A stretch of 64,000 bases of DNA from Ignavibacteriaceae bacterium (GCA_023231105.1 JALNWB010000001.1:18276-82275), one strand, 5' to 3'. Counted from the stretch's first letter, positions 27,241 to 36,507 are shown. Made by a program: numbers and translations. The notes: generated by a model from the letters alone, not told the origin.

Positions 27241-27705
27241 ATGTTACAATTCCCATTACTCACCGATGCCCAGGTTGCGGCAAAGGATTTTATGAATCAA
27301 GGAGATACTTTAAAAGCGTTAGACCTTTTGCAGAATCTTCCTTACGTAAACGTTTCCGCCGCATTAGCTGCGGGTGCAACGGGCGTAACTACAAATGAGC
27401 ACATCTTTGTAGCGCCGTGCAAATTGGAAATTTTGGAAGCGAAGTTCATCACTACTGTAATTAACACCGGTACAAGCAACGAACCGGAAGTAAAATTGCT
27501 TGCGGGCACCGACATTGTTGGTGTTAGCGGTGCAATTATCTTAGCAGGCGCAGCAGTTGGTGATGTTGCAACGTTAACGCTTGATGCAACAAAAGTTGTT
27601 GTAGCGGCAGGGACAAAACTTATTCTTAGAATAGTTAATCCTACTGCAACAATTACTACTCCGTTAACCGGAAAGCTTCAGTTCATCTGGAAACCAACTG
27701 TTTAG
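27241..27705 (+). CDS. hypothetical Ala/Thr/Val-rich beta protein (candidate capsid decoration or other abundant virion protein)
   Basis: It has a strong SD (AAAGGAGAAAAGACC ATG), its own upstream AAGTTAACA-N17-ATTAACA motif, and its own 11-bp-stem terminator. The function was not recognised. Confidence 0.5.
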   Translation: MLQFPLLTDAQVAAKDFMNQGDTLKALDLLQNLPYVNVSAALAAGATGVTTNEHIFVAPCKLEILEAKFITTVINTGTSNEPEVKLLAGTDIVGVSGAIILAGAAVGDVATLTLDATKVVVAAGTKLILRIVNPTATITTPLTGKLQFIWKPTV

Positions 27706-27722
27706 TTCATTAGTACGGTTGT

Positions 27723-27760
27723 AAGTGGTTAGTAGTAATGTGTGACTAACCACTTTTTTA
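27723..27760 (+). terminator. intrinsic terminator
   Basis: An 11-bp stem (AAGTGGTTAGT/ACTAACCACTT) is followed by TTTTTT. Confidence 0.75.
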
Positions 27761-27773
27761 ATTACGAATTCTC

Positions 27774-27794
27774 AATTAGGAATGAGGAATTATG
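27774..27794 (+). repeat. tandem heptamer array, AATTAGG type (3 units)
   Basis: The units are AATTAGG AATGAGG AATTATG. The last unit contains the ATG of the DPPY methylase. Confidence 0.8.
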
Positions 27795-28424
27795 CTTAGC
27801 GAAGCTTTTAATATTGATTGTATGGAAGGGATGAAACAGTTCCCCGATAAGTATTTTGAATTAGCTGTGGTTGACCCGCCGTATGGTTTGCCCAAAGATG
27901 CTGTACACGGTAGAGGCAAGCTAAAGGCGAGAGCAATAAATGCAATGGATATGGGATGGGATGTTGCCCCAAACGAAGATTATTTTAAAGAATTGTTTAG
28001 AGTTTCTGAAAAACAAATTATTTGGGGTGGAAATTATTTTGCGCTTATGCCTACAAGGTGTTGGTTAATTTGGGATAAAGAACAGCCTTTTGAAAATTTT
28101 AGCGCGTTTGAAATGGCTTGGACTTCTTTCGAGTCTCCGTCGAAAATTTACAGGCAAAGGACGGTTGAACCCGATCCAGATGGGAAAATCCATCCGACAC
28201 AAAAAACAATTAAACTTTACGATTGGATATTTATGAACTACGCAAAGCAAGGGGATAAGATTTTAGACACGCATTTAGGGAGTGGAAGCAGTAGAATATC
28301 AGCACACAAAGCTGGGCTTGATTTTACAGCGTACGAATTAGATAAAGATTATTTCGACAAACAGGAGAAACGCTTCAACAACTTTATTTCGCAATTGCAA
28401 TTAGATTTTGCGATTGCAATATAA
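27792..28424 (+). CDS. DNA N6-adenine-type methyltransferase (DPPY motif IV, small N6_N4_Mtase)
   Basis: Motif IV is FELAVVDPPYG and motif I is ILDTHLGSGSSRISAHKAGLDFTAYELD. Confidence 0.85.
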   Translation: MLSEAFNIDCMEGMKQFPDKYFELAVVDPPYGLPKDAVHGRGKLKARAINAMDMGWDVAPNEDYFKELFRVSEKQIIWGGNYFALMPTRCWLIWDKEQPFENFSAFEMAWTSFESPSKIYRQRTVEPDPDGKIHPTQKTIKLYDWIFMNYAKQGDKILDTHLGSGSSRISAHKAGLDFTAYELDKDYFDKQEKRFNNFISQLQLDFAIAI

Positions 28425-28436
28425 TTAGGAATAGGA

Positions 28437-28556
28437 ATGAACGGCAGGATGAGAATAGGCGAAGCTAGGTTTAGTTACTGGACAAATAGAGAGAGAAAAG
28501 AAGTTGCCGGGAATGAAGATCAATTTAATTTATTCACCCAGACCGAGGCAGCGTAA
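28437..28556 (+). CDS. possible small ORF (39 aa) coupled to the DarB-like gene
   Basis: The ATG follows TAGGAATAGGA, and the stop overlaps the next start (TAATG). It carries no motif. Confidence 0.25.
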   Translation: MNGRMRIGEARFSYWTNRERKEVAGNEDQFNLFTQTEAA

Positions 28557-31500
28557 TGAAATTATTTGGAATGACAATAGCAAAGAGTAAAGATAAACCG
28601 AAATTGCTTAAAGCATTCGGGGTAATATTAAAAGCCTTCGGTACGCAGTTAGGAATGTTTAATGATGAAGTGATTGAAGGGCAGACGAAGCAGAAAGACG
28701 GGCACAGCTATGTAGTTAAGAGAAGTAACAAGAATCCTCTTGTAAAAAGATTATTCAGGGCGGATAAGGAGGAGAGTAAGCCGAAGGAACTGAGTTTGTT
28801 TGATAAGAAAGTTACAGTAGGCAGTCGGCAATCGGCAGTCGGCAATCGGGCAGAAAGTAAACCACCGAAAGCGGAACCAATAAGACACACAGAGCAACCG
28901 GAAGCAAAGGACGATCTCTTCAATCAACCAAAGGAAGAGAGAAAAGAGCCGAAGGCAGAAATTAAAGTTGTTAAGGGGAAGAAAAACCGTAAAGAGATTA
29001 ACGCTAAGGTTGAGGAGTTATTAAAGACAAAGAAAAATGATGAGATGAGCGCTGAGGATGTTGAATTATTAGCGCAGTACACCGGACGCGGCGGATTGTT
29101 AGGAGATACGCTTGAGGATATCTCGCTTAATGAATTTTACACACGTAAGGATGAAGCGGAATTTATTTGGGATATGATAGGGAAGTTAGGTTTTAAGGGA
29201 GGAAATGTTTTAGAGCCTTCGATGGGAACGGGAATTTTTGTTGAGACAGCACCGGAGAAAGCGCTTGTAACCGGAATTGAGATTGAGGAGACGAGTGGAA
29301 GAATCGGACAGATTTTACACGGCAATGAACACGATATCAGAATTCAGAGTTTTGAACAGTTTGTAAAAGACTATGATAATATGGGAGCGGATTTAGAAGG
29401 GGGAGAATATGACGCGATAGTTGGGAATTGTCCGTTTGGTAAAAGGGGATTGAGCGCAATGGATGATAGGGAAAAGAGCGATATAAAATTCCATGAGCAA
29501 TATTTTATTGATCGAGGTTTGGATATGTTGAAGCCGGGGGGGATAATGGCAATGATCGTTCCAACAAGTATAATGGATAACCAACTTAATCAATGGCGGG
29601 GAGAGGTAAACAAAAAAGGGGAATTTTTAGGAGCAATACGAGTACCAACCGGAGCATTCAAACACACAGACGCGCAAGTAACCACAGATATAGTTTTCTT
29701 TAAGAAAAGACCGCCGGAAGTAATTGATCACTTGAACAAACTTTCCAAGGAAGAACTTGGGGAAGCTTATGACGATATGGTAATGGATGCTGATTTTGTT
29801 TCGGGGAATTTCTTTAAGAATAATCCGGAGTATGCATTGGGCACGGAAACAAGCGGAATGTTCGGAATGAAGATTTGGAAGGGAGATATTACAAAGGCTG
29901 ATCTTGAAAAAGTCGGTGAGTTATTAAACCATGAGGCAAGAGATTACAGCAGTTTAGGAATTGATGTTAGTAAATATGGTGAGTTAGAAAAAGAACTTGA
30001 ACCGGGAGATGTAAAGATATTAAACGGAAGAACTTACATACTTAATAAAAACCATAGATGGGAAAGATTGAAAGATCAGGAAGTAGTATTACAAAACTTA
30101 CCGGAAGACATTAAAAAACTTGGTATTACGAGTTGGGATGAATGGAGAATTAAGAGTGAGGACACAGCTTATTTATACGGTTTGGATAAGGACCAACTTA
30201 AACTTTTCGGACAAACAAGAATAGTTAATGAGCTGGATGGATACAACGGCAAGAATGATTTTCAGACGGAATATTTAACAAAGGGAGTTGTGTTAGGTTT
30301 AGCAGTAAAGGATTTCAGAAAAGAGTTGCAAGACGGAAGATTATCCGCTGAAGAGGCGCAAATGGAAGCGGGGAAACTGAAGATATTGCTAAAGGATTTT
30401 ATTGAAAAGTATGGACACCCGATTGAGAATTTAAAGTTAAATAAATTTTTTAAGAACAGCGGAAACGCGCCACTTCTTAATTTGGCAGGTAGCTATGATA
30501 AGAACGGCAACACTATCAAGATGTTTGATGATCCGCTGTCTTTTTATAAAGTTTATCAAACGAAGAGCGAAATAGGAACAGTTGATAGGAATAATATTGT
30601 TTCGGTAATCGGTTTTCTTTTTGCAAATAATTTTCCAACGGATTATCAAACGGTACGAGGCGAGTATGAGGGGGATGGAGATATTGAAAGAGAGCTTGCA
30701 TATAGCGATGAAATTTATTTTGATGAAGAAGGAAATTATAAACCGAAAGAGGAAGTCCTTTACGGTTACATTTACGAAAAAATTGACGCTTGGGAAAAGC
30801 AACGAACCGAACTGAAGAAGGAATCCAAGAACGAAAAGTTAAGCGATAAAGAAAAAGAACTTAACGCGCAAAAAATGCGAAAGCTCGAAGATCAGATAAT
30901 TGAGGCGAAGACGAGAGCGAATATCAGGGAGATTAAGCAGCTACCAATAATGTTAAGCGATGCAGGGAGTATTTACGATATTGGTATTTTAAACAAATAT
31001 TTGGAAGAAAAGATAGGGGCGCATTTCTTAGGTGAATTACGCAAAGATGAAAAGAGTGGTTTCATTCTTCCGGTTGATGAGAGTTCGGCAAAATTATATT
31101 TAAGTTATGCAGATATTACGAAAGAGGGGAAATCAACAGATGTAAAACGGGAATTGCGGGATCTCTTTAATAAAGATGAGCATCCGTTGTTATTTATGAT
31201 TTTAAATAAGATGAATGGATTAGGTTTACCGGCATTACGGACAGAGGAAGGGATTGCTAAGAAAGAACAAGTCTTACAACTTGAAACAGATTTTAAGCAG
31301 TATTTATCCGATAGTGAAGAAGCTGATAAAATTGCAGATACTTATAACAGGTTGTTTAATTCTTACATACAAAAAACGTATGATGAAAAACCGATAGAGG
31401 GAATAAAGCATTTTGCTTATGATAGAGTAGTTGGAAAAGACGCAAGCGGAAAAGATATAACCGGAAAAGATAAGGCGGGCGGGCATACTTGGGCAACGGT

Positions 31501-34500
31501 ACGCAGAATGTATGAACAGGGTAAGGGGATGATTGCTCACGGAGTTGGATTAGGGAAAACTTTGGAGGCATTAACTTTAACTTTATTAAGTAAAGAAACC
31601 GGAAGAGCAAATAAGCCTTGTATTGTTTCTCCGAAATCAGTTTTATTAAATTGGGTTGCAGAAATTGAGAAGTGGACACATGGAGTAAATTATTTATTAG
31701 TCGGTTATTCCAAAAAAAATGAAAGCGAAGGATGGACGGAAGAAAATACGATAGAAGATAGCCGCGAAGTAAAAGAATTGAAGTTGCAACGTGCGGCGAA
31801 CGAAGATTTTGACATGATTTTGATGAGTAGGGATTTATTCGGTACAATTGACTTTTCGCCGGAAACGAAAAAGAATATGCTTAATGAATTGATGGATAAG
31901 TATTACCCGGAGGGGAACCGGTTATCAACATTCTCTGATGGAGATAGTAAGTACGCGAAGAATGTGAAAAAGAAAAGAGATACGTTGTTAAGAAATCTTT
32001 CCGAAATGATGGACATACCGGAACCATTGGGAGGAGTTTATCTTGACAACATAGGAATAGATATGTTGGTAAGGGATGAAGCGCACGACACGAAGAACTT
32101 ATTAGTACCGATGGAAAGTGAAATTAGCGGAGTGAACAGCAGTACATCCCAACGAGCGATGCACAATTTATTTGCAAGCAAGATCATACGCGGACAAAAT
32201 AATGATATGGGATATTTTGGGTTGACGGCAACACCGATAAGTAATTCACCGTTAGAAGTTTTTAATATGATGGTGCCGTTTGCAGAGAAGGAACTTGAAA
32301 AATTACAAGTCCAAAATATGGATGACTTTGTTAGCAGGTTTGCCGACATTGATAATATCCCAACCACAAGTGCAGACGGAAGAGTTATAGTAAAGAATAA
32401 ATTCTCGGGCTGGAAGTCGGCCGAGGCATTAAGAAACACTTTCTTTAGATTTGTTGATTATAAGACAAAAGATGATGTTGAAAGCGTAAAGGCAAATATA
32501 AAATTCCCAAAAGAGAAAGCGGCAAATGTGCTGAGTGATTTGAATGAAGGGCAAAAAGAAATAGTGAAGCATTGCAAGTTAAGGTTATGGATGTTAAGCA
32601 GCCGTGTATTTGATAAGGATAATAAGACATGGGATTTTAATGCTGACAAGTTACAAGAAAAAGTAGGTGAGGGATTAATTAGCCAGGACGAAGCAACGGA
32701 AGTTTTGAATTATTTTAATGATGAATATTTACCTAAATATGAAGCATTGAATGCGAGGCTTGGTCCGGACGATACACCGAATGACGATCACTTTTTTAAA
32801 GTGCAGCAGGATCTAATTAAAGCAACGAGTGATCTGCCCTGGTATAAAGATAAGCACAGCGAATATTCAAAAGAAGTTGATGATGATTTGGTTAAACAAC
32901 ATAGCGATTTAAAGAAGTTCGCGCAGTTGAATGAGAGCGCATTATCAATACATAAGAGCGGGGGGAAGCAAATTATCTTTGCCATCAACACGGCATTGCA
33001 CGAAAAGATCAAAAATGATTTAGTGAAATCGGGAATACCGGAAAATGAAATAGTAATTGTAAACGGGAAAACGGTGAGCAGCTCGAGTAAAAGATTGCAG
33101 ATAAGCAAAGCTTACAATGATGGGAAATATAAGGTAGTAATAGGCAATTACGCAACTATGGGAGAGGGATTAAATTTTAACTATATGACAAGCGATATTC
33201 ACCATTTGCAACCGGCTTGGAACCATTTACAGATAGAACAGGGGAACGGAAGAGGGATACGGCAAGGGAATCCATTAGACAGTGTAAATACGCATTACTA
33301 TTTAACGAAGGGGAGTATTGACGGATTTATGAATACCAAGATTATGGATAAGGCGGGAATGGTTGATAAGTTCTTAAAGGGTGAAACGAGCCGTTGGGAT
33401 GACGAGGTTCAGCTAGAGGCGGATGAAATGATGATTGAGTTAGCCGATAATCCGGAACAAGCAAAGGCATTATTAGCTTTCAGAAATAAAAAATTACAAG
33501 ATGCACTTGCAGAGCAGCAACGGCAATCTAACTATAAACAGTTGGATAGATTGTATGAAGTGAAAAGAAAAAAATCGGGAATGGCAGAAAAAACTTCTAA
33601 ACAATATCAGATGATGGAACAGGAAGAAAGAAGTTTAACGGAAAAACTTATTGAAGCTAATTTTGAGCATAAAGGAAAACTTGATTATGATAGAACACCG
33701 GTAATACTACCAGGGATAAATAAAGTAATCCCGGTAGGTGGTATTTTAGAGGGGAAAAGCGGAGAGTTTTATGTTGTTGAAGATTATGCGCCATCGACCC
33801 AAAGAGTGAAGATAAGAACGTATAAAGCCGGAACGCAGGGTGATATGGTGGGAACCCGTGCGATAAGTGCAAAAGAACTAGACAAAGAATTTAACGCATT
33901 ACATAAAGAAACCGACTTAGATTTGGGAGGGATGTTCAAAAAAATTATTGATGATAATGAAGAAGTTGGAATTAATTTTATTAGCAAAATCCCAAAGGAA
34001 ATTTTGCAAATAAATAAAGTTAAACTGCTTGAGAAACTTAACAATACCGATGAAGTATTATATCAGACCATGGACGGTGATTTCAAAGTTGCAGATTACG
34101 AAAGCGCAAAGGATGAAATTGCAACCGAAGGAGGGAAGATAATTTTTCCGCAAGAGAAACCGGAATTCCCGAAAATATTAAATGAATTGATAAAACTGCA
34201 TAAACCAAAGCAAAATTGGGGAGAGGGTTATTATCAATTTAGAAAATATAAGAATTTTGCAACTTCTATTTATGGTGAGAACTATGAGAACGCAATTAAG
34301 AAAGAGATCAAACGGTTAAACGGTGAAGCAACTGAAACAAGTTTTGCCATCCATACAACCGGCGCGAAATATAAAAAGACATTGAAGGATTTAGCCGATA
34401 ATGGATATATGAATGATTACACTTATAAAAGGATAATGCAAGGTAAAGCTTATGATGAATTATCAGAATTTAGTAACGCGCTTAGGGCGGAGTTTTTTGA

Positions 34501-34672
34501 TAATTATAATATAAGACAACAAGATAAACACGGCGATTATTGGCTTGAATCCGGGAAGATAACACCCGAGATGTTAGATAGGGCGCGGGCAATTGATGAG
34601 ATAAAGAGTGATGACAACAAAGATTTATTAGAGGATATACTTACAAATAAACTAAGAGGAGAAGCGGCATAA
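28556..34672 (+). CDS. polyvalent protein 2 (2038 aa): DarB-like N6-adenine methyltransferase plus SNF2/DEAH helicase
   Basis: MTase motif I is VLEPSMGTGIF and motif IV-like is AIVGNCPFGKRG. The helicase motifs are GVGLGKTLEAL (I), LVRDEAHDTKN (II), GLTATPISNSPLE (III) and QIEQGNGRGIRQGN (VI). This architecture matches phage P1 DarB. Confidence 0.9.
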   Translation: MKLFGMTIAKSKDKPKLLKAFGVILKAFGTQLGMFNDEVIEGQTKQKDGHSYVVKRSNKNPLVKRLFRADKEESKPKELSLFDKKVTVGSRQSAVGNRAESKPPKAEPIRHTEQPEAKDDLFNQPKEERKEPKAEIKVVKGKKNRKEINAKVEELLKTKKNDEMSAEDVELLAQYTGRGGLLGDTLEDISLNEFYTRKDEAEFIWDMIGKLGFKGGNVLEPSMGTGIFVETAPEKALVTGIEIEETSGRIGQILHGNEHDIRIQSFEQFVKDYDNMGADLEGGEYDAIVGNCPFGKRGLSAMDDREKSDIKFHEQYFIDRGLDMLKPGGIMAMIVPTSIMDNQLNQWRGEVNKKGEFLGAIRVPTGAFKHTDAQVTTDIVFFKKRPPEVIDHLNKLSKEELGEAYDDMVMDADFVSGNFFKNNPEYALGTETSGMFGMKIWKGDITKADLEKVGELLNHEARDYSSLGIDVSKYGELEKELEPGDVKILNGRTYILNKNHRWERLKDQEVVLQNLPEDIKKLGITSWDEWRIKSEDTAYLYGLDKDQLKLFGQTRIVNELDGYNGKNDFQTEYLTKGVVLGLAVKDFRKELQDGRLSAEEAQMEAGKLKILLKDFIEKYGHPIENLKLNKFFKNSGNAPLLNLAGSYDKNGNTIKMFDDPLSFYKVYQTKSEIGTVDRNNIVSVIGFLFANNFPTDYQTVRGEYEGDGDIERELAYSDEIYFDEEGNYKPKEEVLYGYIYEKIDAWEKQRTELKKESKNEKLSDKEKELNAQKMRKLEDQIIEAKTRANIREIKQLPIMLSDAGSIYDIGILNKYLEEKIGAHFLGELRKDEKSGFILPVDESSAKLYLSYADITKEGKSTDVKRELRDLFNKDEHPLLFMILNKMNGLGLPALRTEEGIAKKEQVLQLETDFKQYLSDSEEADKIADTYNRLFNSYIQKTYDEKPIEGIKHFAYDRVVGKDASGKDITGKDKAGGHTWATVRRMYEQGKGMIAHGVGLGKTLEALTLTLLSKETGRANKPCIVSPKSVLLNWVAEIEKWTHGVNYLLVGYSKKNESEGWTEENTIEDSREVKELKLQRAANEDFDMILMSRDLFGTIDFSPETKKNMLNELMDKYYPEGNRLSTFSDGDSKYAKNVKKKRDTLLRNLSEMMDIPEPLGGVYLDNIGIDMLVRDEAHDTKNLLVPMESEISGVNSSTSQRAMHNLFASKIIRGQNNDMGYFGLTATPISNSPLEVFNMMVPFAEKELEKLQVQNMDDFVSRFADIDNIPTTSADGRVIVKNKFSGWKSAEALRNTFFRFVDYKTKDDVESVKANIKFPKEKAANVLSDLNEGQKEIVKHCKLRLWMLSSRVFDKDNKTWDFNADKLQEKVGEGLISQDEATEVLNYFNDEYLPKYEALNARLGPDDTPNDDHFFKVQQDLIKATSDLPWYKDKHSEYSKEVDDDLVKQHSDLKKFAQLNESALSIHKSGGKQIIFAINTALHEKIKNDLVKSGIPENEIVIVNGKTVSSSSKRLQISKAYNDGKYKVVIGNYATMGEGLNFNYMTSDIHHLQPAWNHLQIEQGNGRGIRQGNPLDSVNTHYYLTKGSIDGFMNTKIMDKAGMVDKFLKGETSRWDDEVQLEADEMMIELADNPEQAKALLAFRNKKLQDALAEQQRQSNYKQLDRLYEVKRKKSGMAEKTSKQYQMMEQEERSLTEKLIEANFEHKGKLDYDRTPVILPGINKVIPVGGILEGKSGEFYVVEDYAPSTQRVKIRTYKAGTQGDMVGTRAISAKELDKEFNALHKETDLDLGGMFKKIIDDNEEVGINFISKIPKEILQINKVKLLEKLNNTDEVLYQTMDGDFKVADYESAKDEIATEGGKIIFPQEKPEFPKILNELIKLHKPKQNWGEGYYQFRKYKNFATSIYGENYENAIKKEIKRLNGEATETSFAIHTTGAKYKKTLKDLADNGYMNDYTYKRIMQGKAYDELSEFSNALRAEFFDNYNIRQQDKHGDYWLESGKITPEMLDRARAIDEIKSDDNKDLLEDILTNKLRGEAA
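28815..28849 (+). repeat. tandem heptamer array, CAGTCGG type (5 units), inside polyvalent protein 2
   Basis: The units are CAGTAGG CAGTCGG CAATCGG CAGTCGG CAATCGG. They encode VGSRQSAVGNR. Confidence 0.9.
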
Positions 34673-35046
34673 TGGAACTAAAAGAAAAAACAATTGAGGA
34701 TAGCAGCAAGTCATTTGTGGATAAATTCAAATGGGAGGGGATGAGTGAAGAAGGATATAAACAAGCGAATACCGCCCTAGCTGATTATAACAAAAAAATG
34801 TGTGACGAAATTGATTTCTCAGAAGCGGGGAATGGATTCCCAAGAATAATATTAGGTGATATTGAGTTTATGGTTCTCCCCTACCACAGAATAAAGCATT
34901 TTGCAACTGACCATGGTACTGCCGGAACAATTGGTTTTGGTAGTGGGAAATATTTATTAAAAGAGTGTACACTGATGCCCGCAATTTGTGACCCGGAATG
35001 TAATTTTGCAATTGCTCCAGCACAAAAGAAAATAGAGGAGAAATAG
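34672..35046 (+). CDS. hypothetical protein
   Basis: It is coupled to the upstream gene (TAATG). Confidence 0.5.
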   Translation: MELKEKTIEDSSKSFVDKFKWEGMSEEGYKQANTALADYNKKMCDEIDFSEAGNGFPRIILGDIEFMVLPYHRIKHFATDHGTAGTIGFGSGKYLLKECTLMPAICDPECNFAIAPAQKKIEEK

Positions 35047-35050
35047 CATA

Positions 35051-35428
35051 ATGGAACTAAGAGAGAAAGTTAAGCTATTGCTTAACACGTGGATACAAAC
35101 GGAAGATGGAACGGGAACTTTTAAGTTGACCGGACCATATTGGGAAGTGCTTTACCCAATACTGAAAAAGCACGAACCGGATTTGTTAAAGCAGTATGAA
35201 AATAAATTGCAAGAAGTGTTCGAAAACTTTAACGAAGAAATTAGAGAGAAAGTTTCTTCGGGAGATGAAGAGCAGGACTATGTTAATGCAATTAACTACA
35301 TGAATGCGCGGGAGAAGCAGTACGCAAATAACGGCGATGTTCATTATGTAGATAATGACGGAGATGATTACGCATACATTCCGAATGTAAGCATTGATCA
35401 GAATGAACATTTTGGAAGAGAAGTTTAG
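35051..35428 (+). CDS. hypothetical acidic protein
   Basis: Its N-terminus MELREK... is paralogous in its first residues to the preceding ORF (MELKEK...). Confidence 0.5.
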   Translation: MELREKVKLLLNTWIQTEDGTGTFKLTGPYWEVLYPILKKHEPDLLKQYENKLQEVFENFNEEIREKVSSGDEEQDYVNAINYMNAREKQYANNGDVHYVDNDGDDYAYIPNVSIDQNEHFGREV

Positions 35429-35500
35429 CGGCGTAAAATTACGCCGGAATTAAAAGGAGCTTGTTCACGGGATACACAAATCTAAAATGTAGGAATAGAG

Positions 35501-35983
35501 ATGGAAGTGTGTGACGTAGACGAGGAAGTGTTAGAAAAGTTAATAAAAGAATTTACTGATGAATTTGGTGAAGAAGTGCTTAAGGAGGTTTACCGATTTC
35601 ACCGGAAATTAGCTAATAAAATGTATGTGAAGAATTTTCCGGCAGCGGAAATTTATCATAGACTTTTGATTAAAGATATCCGCAATGGTAAGTATGCAAA
35701 TATGAGTGTACGTGCAATTGCGGCGATTGAAAAGGTTAGTGAAGGTACGATCTATAACATTATCGGGAAAGCGTGTAGAGTTAAGAAACCGATTTATCAA
35801 TACTCGGTTAGGGGTAAATTAATAAAGAAATGGAACAGCGGAACGGAAATAGAAAAAGAATTGGGCTATAATGCAAGTCCAATACGGGCAAGCTGTAGAG
35901 AGGGGAACGATAGAGCGACTTATGGTTTTGTTTGGAGATACCAGGAGCTAACGGGAGAAGAACTTTTGGCAATTAGGAATTAG
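35501..35983 (+). CDS. DNA-binding protein: HTH plus NUMOD1-like module, no nuclease domain (candidate transcription regulator)
   Basis: MSVRAIAAIEKVSEGTIYNIIGKA is an HTH resembling sigma region 4 or resolvase. PIYQYSVRGKLIKKWNSGTEIEKELGYNASPIRASCREGNDRATYGFVWRY matches the NUMOD1-type DNA-binding module of homing endonucleases. Confidence 0.5.
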   Translation: MEVCDVDEEVLEKLIKEFTDEFGEEVLKEVYRFHRKLANKMYVKNFPAAEIYHRLLIKDIRNGKYANMSVRAIAAIEKVSEGTIYNIIGKACRVKKPIYQYSVRGKLIKKWNSGTEIEKELGYNASPIRASCREGNDRATYGFVWRYQELTGEELLAIRN

Positions 35984-35984
35984 G
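35971..35984 (+). repeat. heptamer pair, AATTAGG type
   Basis: The units are AATTAGG AATTAGG. The pair contains the TAG stop of the gene at 35501. Confidence 0.75.
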
Positions 35985-36026
35985 ATAAAGTTTACATTAT
36001 TTTTACAAGATAAAAAGGAGCTTCAA

Positions 36027-36314
36027 ATGAGTTATACTAAAATTTCACTATTTGGGGAAAGAAAAGGCGTTGGAACTTTTGAGACCTTTTTCAACACGGG
36101 CAAATACAAATCTATTGATGAGGCAATAAAAATAAATGATTATGTAATAGTAGACTTTGTAAAAGATGATAAGGGCATAATTTATTTTGAGATAAAACAT
36201 TCACAACGCCAAAACGAAAGCATATATCACCGCCTTAATATACAGAGACCAATATGTGGAATTGATGTGTCTGATGATGTTGTTTGTTGTGAAATTGTGG
36301 AAACTTTATTATAA
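36027..36314 (+). CDS. hypothetical protein
   Basis: AAAAGGAG lies 7 nt upstream of the ATG. Confidence 0.5.
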   Translation: MSYTKISLFGERKGVGTFETFFNTGKYKSIDEAIKINDYVIVDFVKDDKGIIYFEIKHSQRQNESIYHRLNIQRPICGIDVSDDVVCCEIVETLL

Positions 36315-36332
36315 AAGTGTAAAGTTTTGGGG

Positions 36333-36375
36333 TTACATATTTTTCTTACATAATATTTTACATATTCTGCATATG
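36333..36375 (+). repeat. three TTACATA direct repeats at 12-13-nt spacing plus a TGCATATG near-palindrome (core CATATG)
   Basis: TTACATA occurs at 36333, 36346 and 36358, in the gap between the gene at 36027 and the terminator at 36383. Confidence 0.6.
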
Positions 36376-36382
36376 TTTTTGG

Positions 36383-36420
36383 AACCTCCGGAGTGAAAGC
36401 TTCGGGGGTTTTTAGTTTTT
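36383..36420 (+). terminator. intrinsic terminator
   Basis: The stem AACCTCCGGAG/CTTCGGGGGTT (two G-U pairs) is followed by TTTTAGTTTTT. Confidence 0.7.
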
Positions 36421-36440
36421 AAAGCGACCTCATCCCATTT

Positions 36441-36463
36441 CCCTCTCCTTGCGAAGGAGAGGG
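36441..36463 (+). repeat. CCCTCTCCTT-GCG-AAGGAGAGGG hairpin element (family copy 2)
   Basis: A perfect 10-bp stem is preceded by CGACCTCATCCC and lies 50 nt upstream of late element copy B. Confidence 0.7.
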
Positions 36464-36507
36464 TTGGATATTATTTAACACATAAAAGAACCAACCTATT
36501 AACAATC

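Noticed and set aside
28385-28420. The near-repeat GCAATTGCAAT / GCGATTGCAAT at the end of the DPPY methylase gene could be a regulatory site.
   Set aside because: It is short, lies within coding sequence (LQLDFAIAI), and has no further copies elsewhere in the window. I note it but cannot support a function.
35429-35446. A hairpin CGGCGTAA-AA-TTACGCCG lies after gene 35051.
   Set aside because: The loop is very small and no U-run follows, so I did not call it an intrinsic terminator. It may still affect RNA stability.
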